Assembly: GCF_009834535.1 (NCBI RefSeq)
Contig: NC_045696.1
Location: 29,328,001-29,392,000, forward strand
Reading direction: 5' to 3'
DNA from: Camelus ferus
Lineage: Eukaryota
DNA: 64,000 nucleotides
The notes beneath the pieces were generated by a model. That model did not search any database, had not been told where the DNA came from, and saw only the letters and a list, made by a program, of their open reading frames with translations. The translations under genes were made by a program, and so were the position numbers. Positions 52,001-64,000 of the stretch are shown one piece after another (position 1 is the first letter of the stretch; each line of letters starts with the position of its first letter).

Positions 52001-53879
52001 ACAGAGAAAACTCTTTTTTAAACGAATGGATGAAAAGATGCAATAAAAGGACTCTTGGCTCCCATTTAACATCAAGATTGAGCATCATGATTGTGTGAAG
52101 AAAAGCAATGCAAATGCACTACCCTGCCTTGCGGGTCAACTTTTATTATTTTTTTTTCCATATAGAGTTTTTACCAAAGATGTAAATGTCATTAAAAAGT
52201 ATTCCCTATTTTTCAGTCAAGTACTTTAAATTATGATCCACTCTCTTAAACACCTGCTCACTGGTAATACTCTTCAAAACAGCTCATTGTTAAACACCCA
52301 AGTTAACTCACAATCTCTTAACAGGTTAAACACTGGCACTTAACTCCTAAAGTATATTAGCTACAAATTGAACATTAACTAAAAAGCACTCAAGCCTATT
52401 TAAGGCTTTAGAGCCTTCTTATAAAGGTATGGCATTTGCAATCAGATATGATTTTCATTAGCTACTATGGAACTAATCCACAGAACAATGTTCCTAATTG
52501 GTATTATAAGAAAATGTTTCTCTTTGGGACGAGAGTTGAATCAAGACAAAGATTTGGGTTGTAGTAAATGGCTCCCTTACCTTCTAGGACCACTTGTTTT
52601 TGTCTCTCTCTGGTTATTTGTCCAGGAATACGCAGGAACCCTGGAATGCAGCTTCTATTTAATTGACCCTGTCCATCAGTAGCCATTTGCTTTGGGAAGC
52701 AGGCAAGTGAGCATCAGCTGTGCTCACTGCCAGAGTAAGTAGACATCTGACTACTCCTTTGGCTCCTGGCAGTAACTGCATTACCACTTTCCTTTCCAAT
52801 TCCCTGCCCTGCTGCCCAGAGATGAGTTCTAAATGCCCAGGGCTCAAGGTGAAGAGATTGAAGCTAAGGCAAAGAGTTATCCCAATTTCCAGTGAATTTA
52901 TATTGTTAACAATTTAACTTTTCAAAGGATTTTGGAGTAAAGCAATCAACTCTCTGCTGGAGTTGGGCAGGACATAAGGCTGAGACTGCTGAATCAATAT
53001 GTGGAAACCTGACTGACAACTTAGGTAATTTGATGCAGGATTTGGGACAACAACTGGAGATAAATTACTTAACACAGTCGGGAACCAAAATTGTGTTCAG
53101 AAAGAGACATATTTTCTGAGAGAAGTGAGGAGAATTGTACTGACAGGGAAGTGATGGGCACAAACAAAACTCTTGCAATTATTTCATATGCAACTGTATA
53201 GGTTCTGATGAATATCTTTGAATTGTCTTTGTAGGGTGTGGAGAATTATTATGAAATGTATGTAAATCAACTGTGATGTGAATGCCTCCTCTTTAAAGTA
53301 CATAACTTTAGAACAGTTAAGGCCAAAATATAGAAAAATGCTTATTTTGTGGAGAGAAAACTGCATCATAAAAAAGTCACATTTTTCTCTAAATCATGAT
53401 GCAATCCTTTTAGAATTCATTTTGACTTATGACAAACTGTAAAATACCATACATAGTTTATTTGTATCTTTAACTAGCTTGTATTGGGGAGCTAAGGAAA
53501 GTTTCTTCCCCTCCTCCCAAACTAATGTCTCCCTATAATGCAATATATTCAGTAGTTGCAAAAACCAAGATGAGTAGATCTGGCCACCTTATCAACCCCA
53601 GAACATGTGAGGTGAAGAAGGGAAGGAAAACACAGAGAGGGGCAAACTCATTTGATTATTCACTGTCCTCATCAACTGCCAGTTAAGAGAAGATCCTCCC
53701 ATTTTCACATGTGTGAGCAAACAGATGTTTGAAAGGGTTATTTCATTTCTGCATTGCTTCAGTGAAGACTTGAGAGAAGGGTAAGTGCCTTCCAAGGGGT
53801 AGCAGAGATTTGTTTTGGGCTTTTCAGATCGCAGTTAGCCTTTCTAATAGAATCTTGATATCCTTTTGAGGAATTTCCT

Positions 53880-54215
53880 TCTCCAGTATACTGTGCTGTT
53901 GCCATAGTCGATGACATGGGATATGACCTAGGCCAACCAGATGCTTCCTCTTGAGCAGAAGGGCAAAGAGACCAGGTGTAATGGGAATCCATCCCATTCT
54001 AACAGCCATAACTCACCCAGATTGTTACTCTTCCTAGACTCTTGTTTTTCTTCTTGCTTTCTAGCCTCTGGGACCACTTGACCTGCTCATTCCCAAGTCC
54101 TATTTTCATACACAGGGTCCCATGAATTTTATAAGCCCCATTATTTTCTTAGTAAATTCTTTTTTGCTTAATTTAACCAGAGTTGATTTCTGTTGTTTGC
54201 AGTTAAATATCCCAA
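53880..54215 (+). mobile_element. old MaLR (MLT1K/L-like) LTR remnant
   Basis: atatgacctaggccaaccaga; 3' end ttgcttaatttaaccagagttgatttctgttgtttgca. Confidence 0.45.
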
Positions 54216-54300
54216 AATTCATACATAAGATCCTAATAGACTAGCCCCAATGCTGATAATTCTACTGGATATTACACCACCATCCTAGCTCTCCATGAAA

Positions 54301-54301
<1 letters not shown>

Positions 54302-54342
<41 letters not shown>
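54302..54342 (+). repeat. perfect (TG)20 microsatellite
   Basis: Directly visible. Confidence 0.97.
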
Positions 54343-54346
<4 letters not shown>

Positions 54347-54489
54347 AGTCTTCATGTGAGCTGTTCAACACTTATGTTACAACTCAACCATGTCTTTTAG
54401 TGTCTTTAGCAATTTGTACATATTGCTGTAGTAGCAAAACTAATCTTTTTGCTTGGCATCCTTTCTTGATGAAATTGATCAATAAGGGC

Positions 54490-55310
54490 ACAATACCAAA
54501 TTCCTAGGAATTATCCTTAATACCTCTCTCCCTTCACTGCCTTTACCCAACATCTCACCAAGTCTTAATGATTATCATTTCTAAATATTTCTCAGATCTG
54601 TGTACACAATTCCATCTCTGCCACCACTGTTCTGGATGACAGTCATTTTGCTCCTGAGCTGCCTGAAAGGTGTGCTTATATTTACTGTGTCCCCTTTCCA
54701 GTCTATTCTCCACATACAGCTTGCAGATCAATCTTAATGAAATAATAATTTAAACATTTCACACTCTGCTTTAAACATGTTGCAGCTTCCCAGAACTCTT
54801 AGGACAGTGTCCAAAATCCTTAATATGTCCTTCAAGCCAAGTATTCTGACATTCCTCACTCAGCCCCTTGCTTCATGTAAAATCTGTACCCTGATCCTTT
54901 GGCTCCAGAAGGGAGCTATGTTTCCTCCCATTGAAGGGTCTCTGCATAACCTCTACATATTTTGCCTGGTAGTCTCTTTTCCATCTTTTCTAATTAAATC
55001 TTAAGTATCCTTCAGATTAGCATCCTTCAGATAGTGTTTCACGTCCCCAGAAACACTTCCTATCCTCACCAAGTAGACCAAATCCCTCTACCATAGCCTC
55101 TTCAGAATCATAAACCTTCCTTGACACCACTTAGTTCAGTCTCATTTGCATTGTGGGATCACATAATTAATCATTATGTTTTCCCCCCTCTCCTAACCAT
55201 GAAGTCTAAGCTACGTGAGAGCAGGGACAAATCAACTGTTTTTATCATTGTTTCGCCAGAACTAAGTGCAATGTCTGGCAGATGTTAGGTACTTGGTAAT
55301 GAACGAATAA
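54490..55310 (+). mobile_element. L2 3' region
   Basis: tcaccaagtc..ttctaaatatttctc, ctctgctttaaac..gcttccca..cttaggacagtgtccaaaatcctta, taagctacgtgagagcagggac, tgtctggcagatgttaggtact..tgaacgaat. Confidence 0.75.
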
Positions 55311-58300
55311 GGTCAATATTCCCTGTGAAAACATGAATCCCTGAGGGACAGGAACACACGTCTCAAAAACTGATTGGGTTCTTTCACTTGGGTTCAGTAA
55401 AGGAACTGTTTTTCTTAAGCACTGATGATGTTTATAAACATTTTATCACTCAAAGGCATGTACCTAATTTGGTCATAACTTGGAACTCCATAATTTTTAA
55501 ACAATTATTTTCAGACTCTGCATATTCAGACTCAAAATGCCAGGTATGGTAATAGATAATCATTCATCAACAGTTTGTGATATTCCTTTTTGACAGAGAA
55601 CATTTCAGAAAATCTGAAATCATCTATTTCAAAAGAACATTTAATTTTTTCATCAAGACTACTTTATTTGAAATTCTTATTAATAAACTCCTAAGATATT
55701 TAAGCAAAACTCTAAATTAAATATCACCCCTCCCCCAATTAACTCTCACACATGTGCCTTTGATTTTCTGTTGGCAACTGAGAAATATAGATTCAGACTC
55801 AAATTCCAGCATCGAAGTCTGTGACACTCTCAAGAAAGCCTTGGTCAGCCCCACTTGGTCTGCTCTCATATTTACAGGGTTCTTCCTGGTTCTCAGAGAT
55901 GCTGACTAGTGTTGGCAATTGTTTCTGACTGAAGATGAGCCACTTTTCTTGCATAAGTGTTCCATTCTGAAAATGTTCCAGATGTTCCATTCTGGAAGAA
56001 AAAAATCTAATCTTATACCCACTAAGGAATAGCCAGGGGACTTAAGCACGCTTTCAGAAAACAGCTATATCATCACTCTTATCAATTCAGTCCTGCTCCA
56101 TTGAACCAGTTATTTCCTAACCCTTAGATAAAACAGAATGCAGACGCATGCCTTTTCTCATTACTCTTAGATAATAAAATGGTTTTACTCTGGAAGCGTT
56201 GACAGCCATCTTGTGATATTTGACGCTGAATAGGGAAGCCAAAACCAAGAGAAAAAAGTTGAAAAATATAACATTTAGATCTATTCAATTATGGGGGTCA
56301 ATAATGTTCCTCTTTTACTCACTTCAGTTTGAATTGTGCTTCTGTGCATAACTGACCTATGATCTGCCAAATGCCCAAGAAATTATTCCCCCAGGTGGCT
56401 AACTTCTCCCTGGTATGTGATGCTTAGAGATATCTTACTGCCAACTCCAAAAACCCAAATCCACTCACTGAGGAAAATGTTATCTGTTCTCAAAACTCAA
56501 AGAAGACCACTAGCGGGAGAGTAACAGAGAGTTTTCTGCTCTTCTTACTCCTTCACTTCCTCATCCTTGACAGTGCATTGTGATTGCTGCAATGTGATTA
56601 TTTTCAAAGATTTAGGTCTACTCCTGCCAGAGACACGAGGATATAGTTGCTATCAGCTACACCCAAACCTACCCAGGACTTCCTACATGACCTTAACGTT
56701 AAAGTTCCTGCCAGGATAGAGCCTACATCCTAATATCCTGGTGAAGAGGGCGCAGGCAACTGGAGAAAATGTAGGAGAAACTAAGGCACTGAGAATGAGG
56801 AGCAGTGGAGAAAAAGAAGGGATGTCAGAGAAAGAGATGGCTTTCAAATGCCCATTTAACCTAGGTGCCCTCTGCATAAACTGAAAGGCAACAATGTGAA
56901 AAAGAAACAATGTTCTGCATCATCCATCAGTGCTTTCCTTTTTATGAAAAGTAACACTGTATTCCCTCTGCTAACAGATCATTCATGCAAAAGCCTTTCA
57001 AACTGCACAAGACATAGCAAAGCAGTTAGGAAATGAACAATCCTGGAACTTGTTTAAATATTTCTTCTCCATTCTTTCAGCCTTGAGTCTCATTCTTGGC
57101 TCCCTCTGGGGGTGTCTTTCCCTCATATAATAAATCAACAACTATATCTAAAGGCAATATAAATATAGCAATTTCTCCAGTGAAGCCTTGAAATGGAGAG
57201 AAAAATACCTGTTGTGTATATATATGTAATTTTTACTTTCTCCAGTTCTCCATCATGAAATCTGGGCCAGAATCTATACTTGGTCCAGCATACGAAGGAC
57301 CCATGTCTCTATATTTTGGATAAATTTCTTCTTGTCCATCTGCTTTTATAACATTTCCTCTCCAACCCTTCCTGGCTCTCACAATTGCTGTGCAATGGGA
57401 GTTTACATAGAAACTATACCAAGAAGTTAACTCTTCATTGTTGGTTTTAAATACAATAATTATTTATGATTAAAATGACCATATATACATACAGTGGGCA
57501 TTTTATACCTTGAGATTTTACAGATTCTAAAGCAGCTTTCTTCCCAAGGAGAAAGAGAAATTTAAATTACTGTCCAATACAGATATCACCAGTTCATAAA
57601 AACTTGGGGTGGGGGAGAAAGGAAACAGGGCTCCATTGTCTGCCCTGTGTCTAGAGGGCAGTTGTCTTCTCCCCGTTTGCTAAGGAGAGAAGTGAACTGA
57701 AAAGAAGTGCTTCCCCAAAGCTGCCATGGTTATATAAATGCTTCTAGAATTTTTCCAAAGATTTTAACCAAATATTCAACCCATAACAAGTATTCCCCTT
57801 GGCACCGTTGAAGCATGCTGCAGTTACACATTATAAATGGAAGCCAAATCACACACTTATGTAAAATGACTAGTATAGCAGAAAAACAAGTTACGTATTT
57901 AATAAGCAATCTCAAGCTTGTAATGTAGTGAAACCCACTTGTAATTTCTTTCATCGTTGTTCCTTTTTTTTCCTCCCTGCACACACTGTTCATTTTTAAA
58001 TCTCTCTACAAGGCTTTTATAAAAATCAACTTAGCTGATATACTATCACTCCAATTTTCTTTGCCCATTGCTTTGAAAAACTGTACTCCCATTCACGAAT
58101 ATTAGTCATATCGAAATGCACGAAATGTGGTTGCACAGCATTCCTTAAAGCATGGTTTTTACTTATGAAATATGTACATTCAAGAAAGAAGCCTTCAATA
58201 CGTGCTTACACTCCGTGGAGGCATGTTTTCTATCTTTCTAACCTGTGGGATACTTTTACACCCAAAAGCCATTCCTCTGTATTTTGTCTACCAAATGAAG

Positions 58301-59369
58301 ACTGTTACAGTTCATCACATCGACATTACCCGTAACTCTGATTGCCTTAACGAAGTAGCATAATGGGCATTTTTGCCAATTAAACATAAGGCTTTTGTTA
58401 AAAATTAAAATACTGGATGCAGCAGTCAATTCTAAAACAGACTAAACTGAAATTCTGCCAGCATATTTAAGCTGTCCATTCAGAGGTGAAACTACCCATT
58501 GTTGCTTTCGGCAGACCCTTTACTAGCTGAGTTCCCTCTCAACTGAATTTCTTCATTAATTCCTAGGACATTTTACTTTTCTTTAATTAGATAATTAACT
58601 AACTCCATCTGAGCCATTTGTAAATGTGTTTTCATGTATCCAACTCCTCAGAACACATTATTTTCTATCAGAAAGGGAAAAAATATATTACGTTGATAAT
58701 TAGCTTCCCAATGGGACAATATTGTAAGAAATTTTTCTCTAATCAACTTTGAATGAAAAGAAAACAAGCCAGCATTTTGCCAGTGAGTGCATTATCAGCT
58801 TAGGTTTTCAGTATGTTTTAGATTTATTTTTAACCTTGGCTTTCTGTTTGAGCCAGAAAAGATCATCTTCTTCCAGAGGATTTTTCTCCTCTTCTGCTGA
58901 TTAGCTATAGAATGAGGAGAAGCACCTGACTGGGCCACATTAAGAAGGATGCTAAGCGGTTTACAAGTTCTCAGTAATTAATGACTATTTTTATCACAAA
59001 GAATATAGACTGGCTTCTTCCATCTATCTGAAACTCAATGTAAGCCCCTGTAAGCCTCAATGCAGCATAATTGGTGCAATAGAGCTGAAAATGAGATGGA
59101 GGATATAATGCAGCTTCAGTAATCCTGCCTTTAGCTAAAATGGAACAGCAGAAGCCCCTGGCAGCCTCCAATGTGGCTGCCACTAAGATTTAAAGCCAGC
59201 CAGCTGTCTAGTGTTCCTTGTGAATCCCACATCACTGTTGCTGTCCCCAAACAGAGTTCAAATGTTTTAAACGATGATGTTTATGAGAATGATTTACTAT
59301 GGTAAACAATTTGTTCCTCAGCCTTTTGGCTCTAATTGGGTGTTTTCTCTGATTAGGAGCAATCATAGA

Positions 59370-60404
59370 CTGTTTACTTGTATTAGTTTTTATTCTGACC
59401 ACCCTGTGCTTAAAGTGTGCTCTCAGACCTCTTGGGATGAACAAGTGGGTTTTACTTTCTCCGTGTTGTTATGAAACCTCCCCCCCCCCCAAAAAAAAAC
59501 CACTCTCTTGTAAATCATAATATGCTAATAAGAGGTCTGGGGACTCAGTTTGGAAAATGAAAAAAGCTTCACATTGATGAAGGCATGCTAAGTGAGACCA
59601 CAATAAGTGCTAGATAATGTGTGTGTTTTAGATGTGTGACCATCCCCTCTATAGCTTGAATAGCACTGCATGGGCCAAACCAGCCATGATCACAAATAGG
59701 CTCCTGCTAGTTTTCTACAGTGTTACTGGAAAGAACACGCAAATCAAAAAAAAAAAAAAAAAAAAAAAAGCAAACAAAGGGAGGGAGGGGCTAGGAACAC
59801 CTTCCAGGATATTCCAAGACAAGCCAGGGTTATTTTCAGCTACCTATTTGAATAGCATCCAGGCATTTCACTTATATTCTTCCTCACAATGCTGGCACCA
59901 CCAACCGTAAAAATAAAAAGAATGGTTTCTATAAAAGAAGGCTATCTTTGGAGATCCATCAACCACATCTTCCATGAGTGTTATATAACATGAATGCCAT
60001 GCCTTTGTAGATACTAAAAGTTAGAAAGTCTTTCTGAAAGCATCTCTTGAAGAAATGCCAGGTATTCAGAGTTCAAAAGATTCATGGAAGAAACCAAATG
60101 GAATCGAATTAATCAGGGATGTGGTTAGAGTTAACACAACAATACAGATAAATCCAATGGGCTGGAGAAACCAGTTTTGTAGTTCAAATCTTTTAAGGAT
60201 TACCATAGATGATAAACTTCTGTTAGGATGGCAGTCTAAAATACTACCCATTCCATTACTCCATGACATAGAACAGAAGGGTTGCAATGTAAGACAGAGT
60301 CTCCGGAAAGACAATGTCTACCCCCCAGTTCACTGCTGCAGAATTGCTTAGTAGGGGAACAAGCCCACAAGGAACTGTGGAGGAAGATCCGAGAATAAGT
60401 CCAG
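59370..60404 (-). other. candidate terminal exon of an unidentified upstream gene
   Basis: Acceptor tcttgtttttcattcaacag| at 60405; AATAAA (minus) at 59389-59394. Signals only. Confidence 0.3.
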
Positions 60405-60656
60405 CTGTTGAATGAAAAACAAGATGAAACAAAAGTAAAATCTGAATTGACCCATTGCAAACAAAGCATTCATCATAACAACAAATTGGGTATTATCTGT
60501 TATTTTCTTTTGACTATTCTCACAAGGTTAAAGACTTGGTAATCTGAATTGTACAGTTTTCTATGATCTAGGTATGAGCACACCAAGTTCTGTTCCCCTT
60601 AATACATAAAGCTGAATCATATTAAGGTCCAAAGTCACAGCACCTAGGCAAGGTCA

Positions 60657-60855
60657 CAGAGGTGAGGTAGCCTAACGGTCAAGATTGCTGGACTCCAGAG
60701 CTAGACTGCCTGGAAGTTTCTTATTTCTGCCAATTTTCAGCTGTGTGACCTTGGGCAATATCTTCACTGAACCTGTAAAACTGGGATAATAATACAAGAT
60801 ACCTTAATAGATTATTGGGACGATTAAATGAATCAGTGTACAGAAATATAGCATT
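60657..60855 (+). mobile_element. MIR SINE
   Basis: ggactccagagctagactgcctgg...agctgtgtgaccttgggcaa...ctgtaaaactgggataataata...gattaaatga. Confidence 0.8.
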
Positions 60856-62399
60856 ATTTAATAAATAAGTAAATAGAAGCCCAAATATGTACATCAGTTT
60901 CCCAGATCACATACTTAGGAATTAGTGGGGGCAGAACAAGCACCCTGTGATTCTGGTGTGCACTCCCCTTAGACCCCAACACTGGCTTTATAAAAGTACT
61001 CATGATTTTGGTGAGAGTGATTCTGGTGATGGGAGTACAGGTGAATGTAGGGACAAGTAATTAGGAGAGAAAGATACAACCCAGGTTCTGAATAACTAAA
61101 ATGAAGGATGAACAAAGAAAAGGTTAGAAGATCAAAGGAAGGTGATGAAATGCTCCCCAGTGTGTGTCTATCTGCCCAGGTGCTTGATTGGAACTATTAT
61201 GTATTAGATGAGGCACTTATACTAAAATAGATGTGAACTGGTTCAGGTGAACAACATACAACTTATATTTGCATTTAGTTTTGTTTTGTTTTGTTTTTTC
61301 CTCCCTACACACCCGTGATACCTTTCATGCAAGGTCCTGAAAAACTGCTAATGCCTCAGTCTCATCCAGCTACAGAATATAATCCTGTGACTGGCTAGTC
61401 AGTCTCCTTCAAACACACCTGAGTCCTTTTAAGAAGATTTTCAATATTATAAAAGAAGTGAATATATACAGCTGCCTTCATCCTAGTTATTTAGTTTCAT
61501 GCGCTCTACACACTATCAAAAAACTGCTGGCTATTCTGCATAAGAACGCTGATAACATGGAACATTATACCATATATTTGATTTATGAAAAATCATTTCT
61601 ACCAAATATTGTGACAGAAATATCTCTTTTATTATTTATATTCTCCAGTGTCACATGGAATGTTTTGAAAATATTAAAATTTTTTTTGAAGTTTGGCACT
61701 TCTGCATCCAGTTTAAAATGACTTCCTCCTTGGATAAACTTGGCTACATCTGACTCAGAACAACTCTTCACATTTTCTATAGGATTATCACACTATTACA
61801 TGGCTCTGTTGCTGCAGTGCTATTGCATTAAAATAATAATGCTTCCCAGGTAGGATTCCAGATGACAAATTTCTTTAGGCAAGAAAATAAAATCATTTTC
61901 CCAACCATTCTAGAATTGAATATTCTCATAAATTTATTGTTACTTGTGTTTAGAATACTATACACCAAGCTTTAGTTTTGCTTACTTCCTCTTCAGTCTC
62001 ACACTTTTTATAAGCAGACTTTTGTGCCTTATTCTGATTACTCCACAATTAGAATCAATGGGTAGGTGTTAATAAAGGCAAATATCTACTCAATAATAAA
62101 AATTAAAAAAAAAAAAACCCAAAATAAATAAAATAAAATTATAGTACTCCCTAACTGATATAGAAGCACAAATGCCTTAAAAGAAGAGAGTTGTCAGCCG
62201 CTAGAAACATTTAGAAGGAGGAACAAATCCATCACCAATATAGAGAAGATTCTTGAATGAAATAAAAGTTAAGATCCTCTGAGATAAACCAGCTCAAAGT
62301 AGATCTGCCACAAGAGGTGGGAACAATTTTCAAGAAAAGAAGTCATAATTCTTAGTATATTTTCCATTTGATATTTTGAACTTAATTTGTTAGATTATT

Positions 62400-62645
62400 G
62401 TGTAAAAGCAGCAGCCGCGGGCTCTGGAGCGCTACAGGCATGGCTCTGAATGCCGGCTTTGATGCTTGTTAGTGATGTGGAATTGGGTAATTTACTTAAC
62501 CTCTTGGAAGCACTTTTGTAATTGGTAAAATGAGACTAATAATACCTATTACCTAGGGTTAATATGAGGACTGAGTAAAATAACCTTTTAATGCTAATAC
62601 AATTCTAAACACATTGTTAGGGCGTAATACATAGCTGCTATTATA
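62400..62645 (+). mobile_element. MIR SINE
   Basis: ggctctggag...ttgggtaatttacttaacctct...gtaaaatgagactaataatacct..agggtt..tgagga. Confidence 0.75.
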
Positions 62646-62963
62646 ACACATATGAATCAGTAGAAATAAAACTTTTAAACCGCAACGTCACTGAGAATGT
62701 TTTTAAAAGTTGTAAAATGCAATTGTGCCAAAGTTGTGCATAGAAATGATTCTTTTCTAATGTGATTAGACCATTTTTTATCAGCTCAAACATTCATTCC
62801 TGCATTTCAATTATGACTTATTGATCTGTGAGTATTTCTTTGTTTATGTCATCCAAATTATTTATCTTGACATCCTCTGAAATCACTTCAAAATGAATCA
62901 ATGTGTCTTTCCTATTTGGCAGTCCTACCTTCTTTGAGAAGCTGTAAATTCAGAGATCATTAC

Positions 62964-63031
62964 CTTTGATGGAGGATCTGAAGGAAGTTGAGGGGCATTA
63001 GATGGGCGTAGAAGTGTCCACTGGAAGGAAC
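62964..63031 (-). other. candidate 68-nt internal exon
   Basis: ctctaaacag|GTTCC...TCAAAG|gtaatg. Signals only. Confidence 0.3.
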
Positions 63032-63464
63032 CTGTTTAGAGTTGACTACAGAAATAAATGTCAGCTATACAGCATGAAGATTCTAAAGAAACACAAGGAG
63101 AAAAGCAGCACCAAGATCCTAAACACTAAATGAAATTAAGAAACCAGGAAAGCCAACAAGAATAACAAGACAAGTCTTGTTGAATAATTGTTTAAGCTGG
63201 AGATTGTGTCCTTTTAAAATACCAGTATTAAATTCAATAGTTTTTATACTTGGATTATGGAATTTTAGCATAGAAAATGGAAGGTAGTGTGAAGTAGTCT
63301 GTTCCACCCCTTTGCCTGTATCAGGAGAGAAGCATCTCTGAAGTTTGATGAGTTTGGGCAGCATACAGACAGTGTCCTCCACAAACCTTTTGCCTTGATC
63401 CTAAATCGTTTCAGGAGTCATTCGCTGAAGAAATTGACTTAATCTTAATTTATAAATGACCATC

Positions 63465-63830
63465 AGACATCATTTTTTTTTATTTATTAAGACAGTGAAC
63501 AATAAAAGCATTATAACTTTTTTATTGATTTTATTGATCTGTATTGAAAAGGGGAGGAAAATGTAACATTTCCAAATAGCAGATAAGTAGTAGTCTCTGC
63601 CAAAGGGATAAACTCCACTCAACCAGAATATGAAATTCAGATTCATGTCTTTTTTGTATTCTCCAAAATTCATTTTCCTCAGAGCTTAAATCACCAAACA
63701 TTAATAAAGCAGGAACAATTTGCTCTCTTTGACCCTCCATTTTGCTAAATTGCTTCAGTAACCCATTGATAATATTCATTGTCCAATGTACCTCTTTTGT
63801 TCTTCTACTGTATTCTCTGTCTTTTGGTAC
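63465..63830 (-). other. candidate terminal exon of an unidentified upstream gene
   Basis: Acceptor (ttttg)n-aatcttcag|G at 63831; four minus-strand AATAAA at 63530-63535, 63521-63526, 63483-63488 and 63479-63484. Confidence 0.4.
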
Positions 63831-63840
63831 CTGAAGATTC

Positions 63841-63891
63841 AAAAACAAAACAAAACAAAAAACCAAACCAAACCAAACAAAACAAAAAAAA
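63841..63891 (+). repeat. (AAAAC)n/(AAACC)n repeat
   Basis: Directly visible. Forms the T-rich tract of the minus-strand acceptor at 63831. Confidence 0.9.
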
Positions 63892-64000
63892 GTTCCAGCC
63901 TTTCCCTATCAAAAATGCTTCTGGCTCTGCTCACTAAATTCCTTCCTTTTCCCCCAGTGAGGAGTGTTTTGGAATTCCAAGCAGATCTGTGCATTACTGT

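Overview
Mammalian (not prokaryotic) genomic DNA, very probably camelid: it carries two tRNA-Ala-headed Vic-1-type SINEs with target-site duplications and a young camelid-type L1 3' end. The window is AT-rich intronic/intergenic sequence largely made of decayed transposable elements (L1, L2, MIR, MaLR/ERVL/ERV1 LTRs, hAT fragments). I recognise no intact protein-coding gene. Three things stand out. (1) A CpG-island promoter at ~45.15-45.9 kb (YY1-like and BANP-like motifs, ATG-(Ala)8, several minus-strand splice donors) seems to drive an unidentified minus-strand transcript; candidate small exons lie downstream, including an 18-nt microexon at 10986-11003. (2) Immediately upstream and co-oriented is an ancient ~5.4 kb provirus with class III (ERV-L/ERV-S-like) gag, RNase H and integrase remnants, a tRNA-Arg(ACG) PBS, no recognisable protease/RT, and a decayed gamma-type env (CWVC, RARR, ISD, CX6CC remnants). 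(3) Candidate 3'-terminal exons of another unidentified minus-strand gene lie at 59-64 kb. Repeat family names and most repeat boundaries come from by-eye recognition and are approximate. Exon calls rest on splice signals only.
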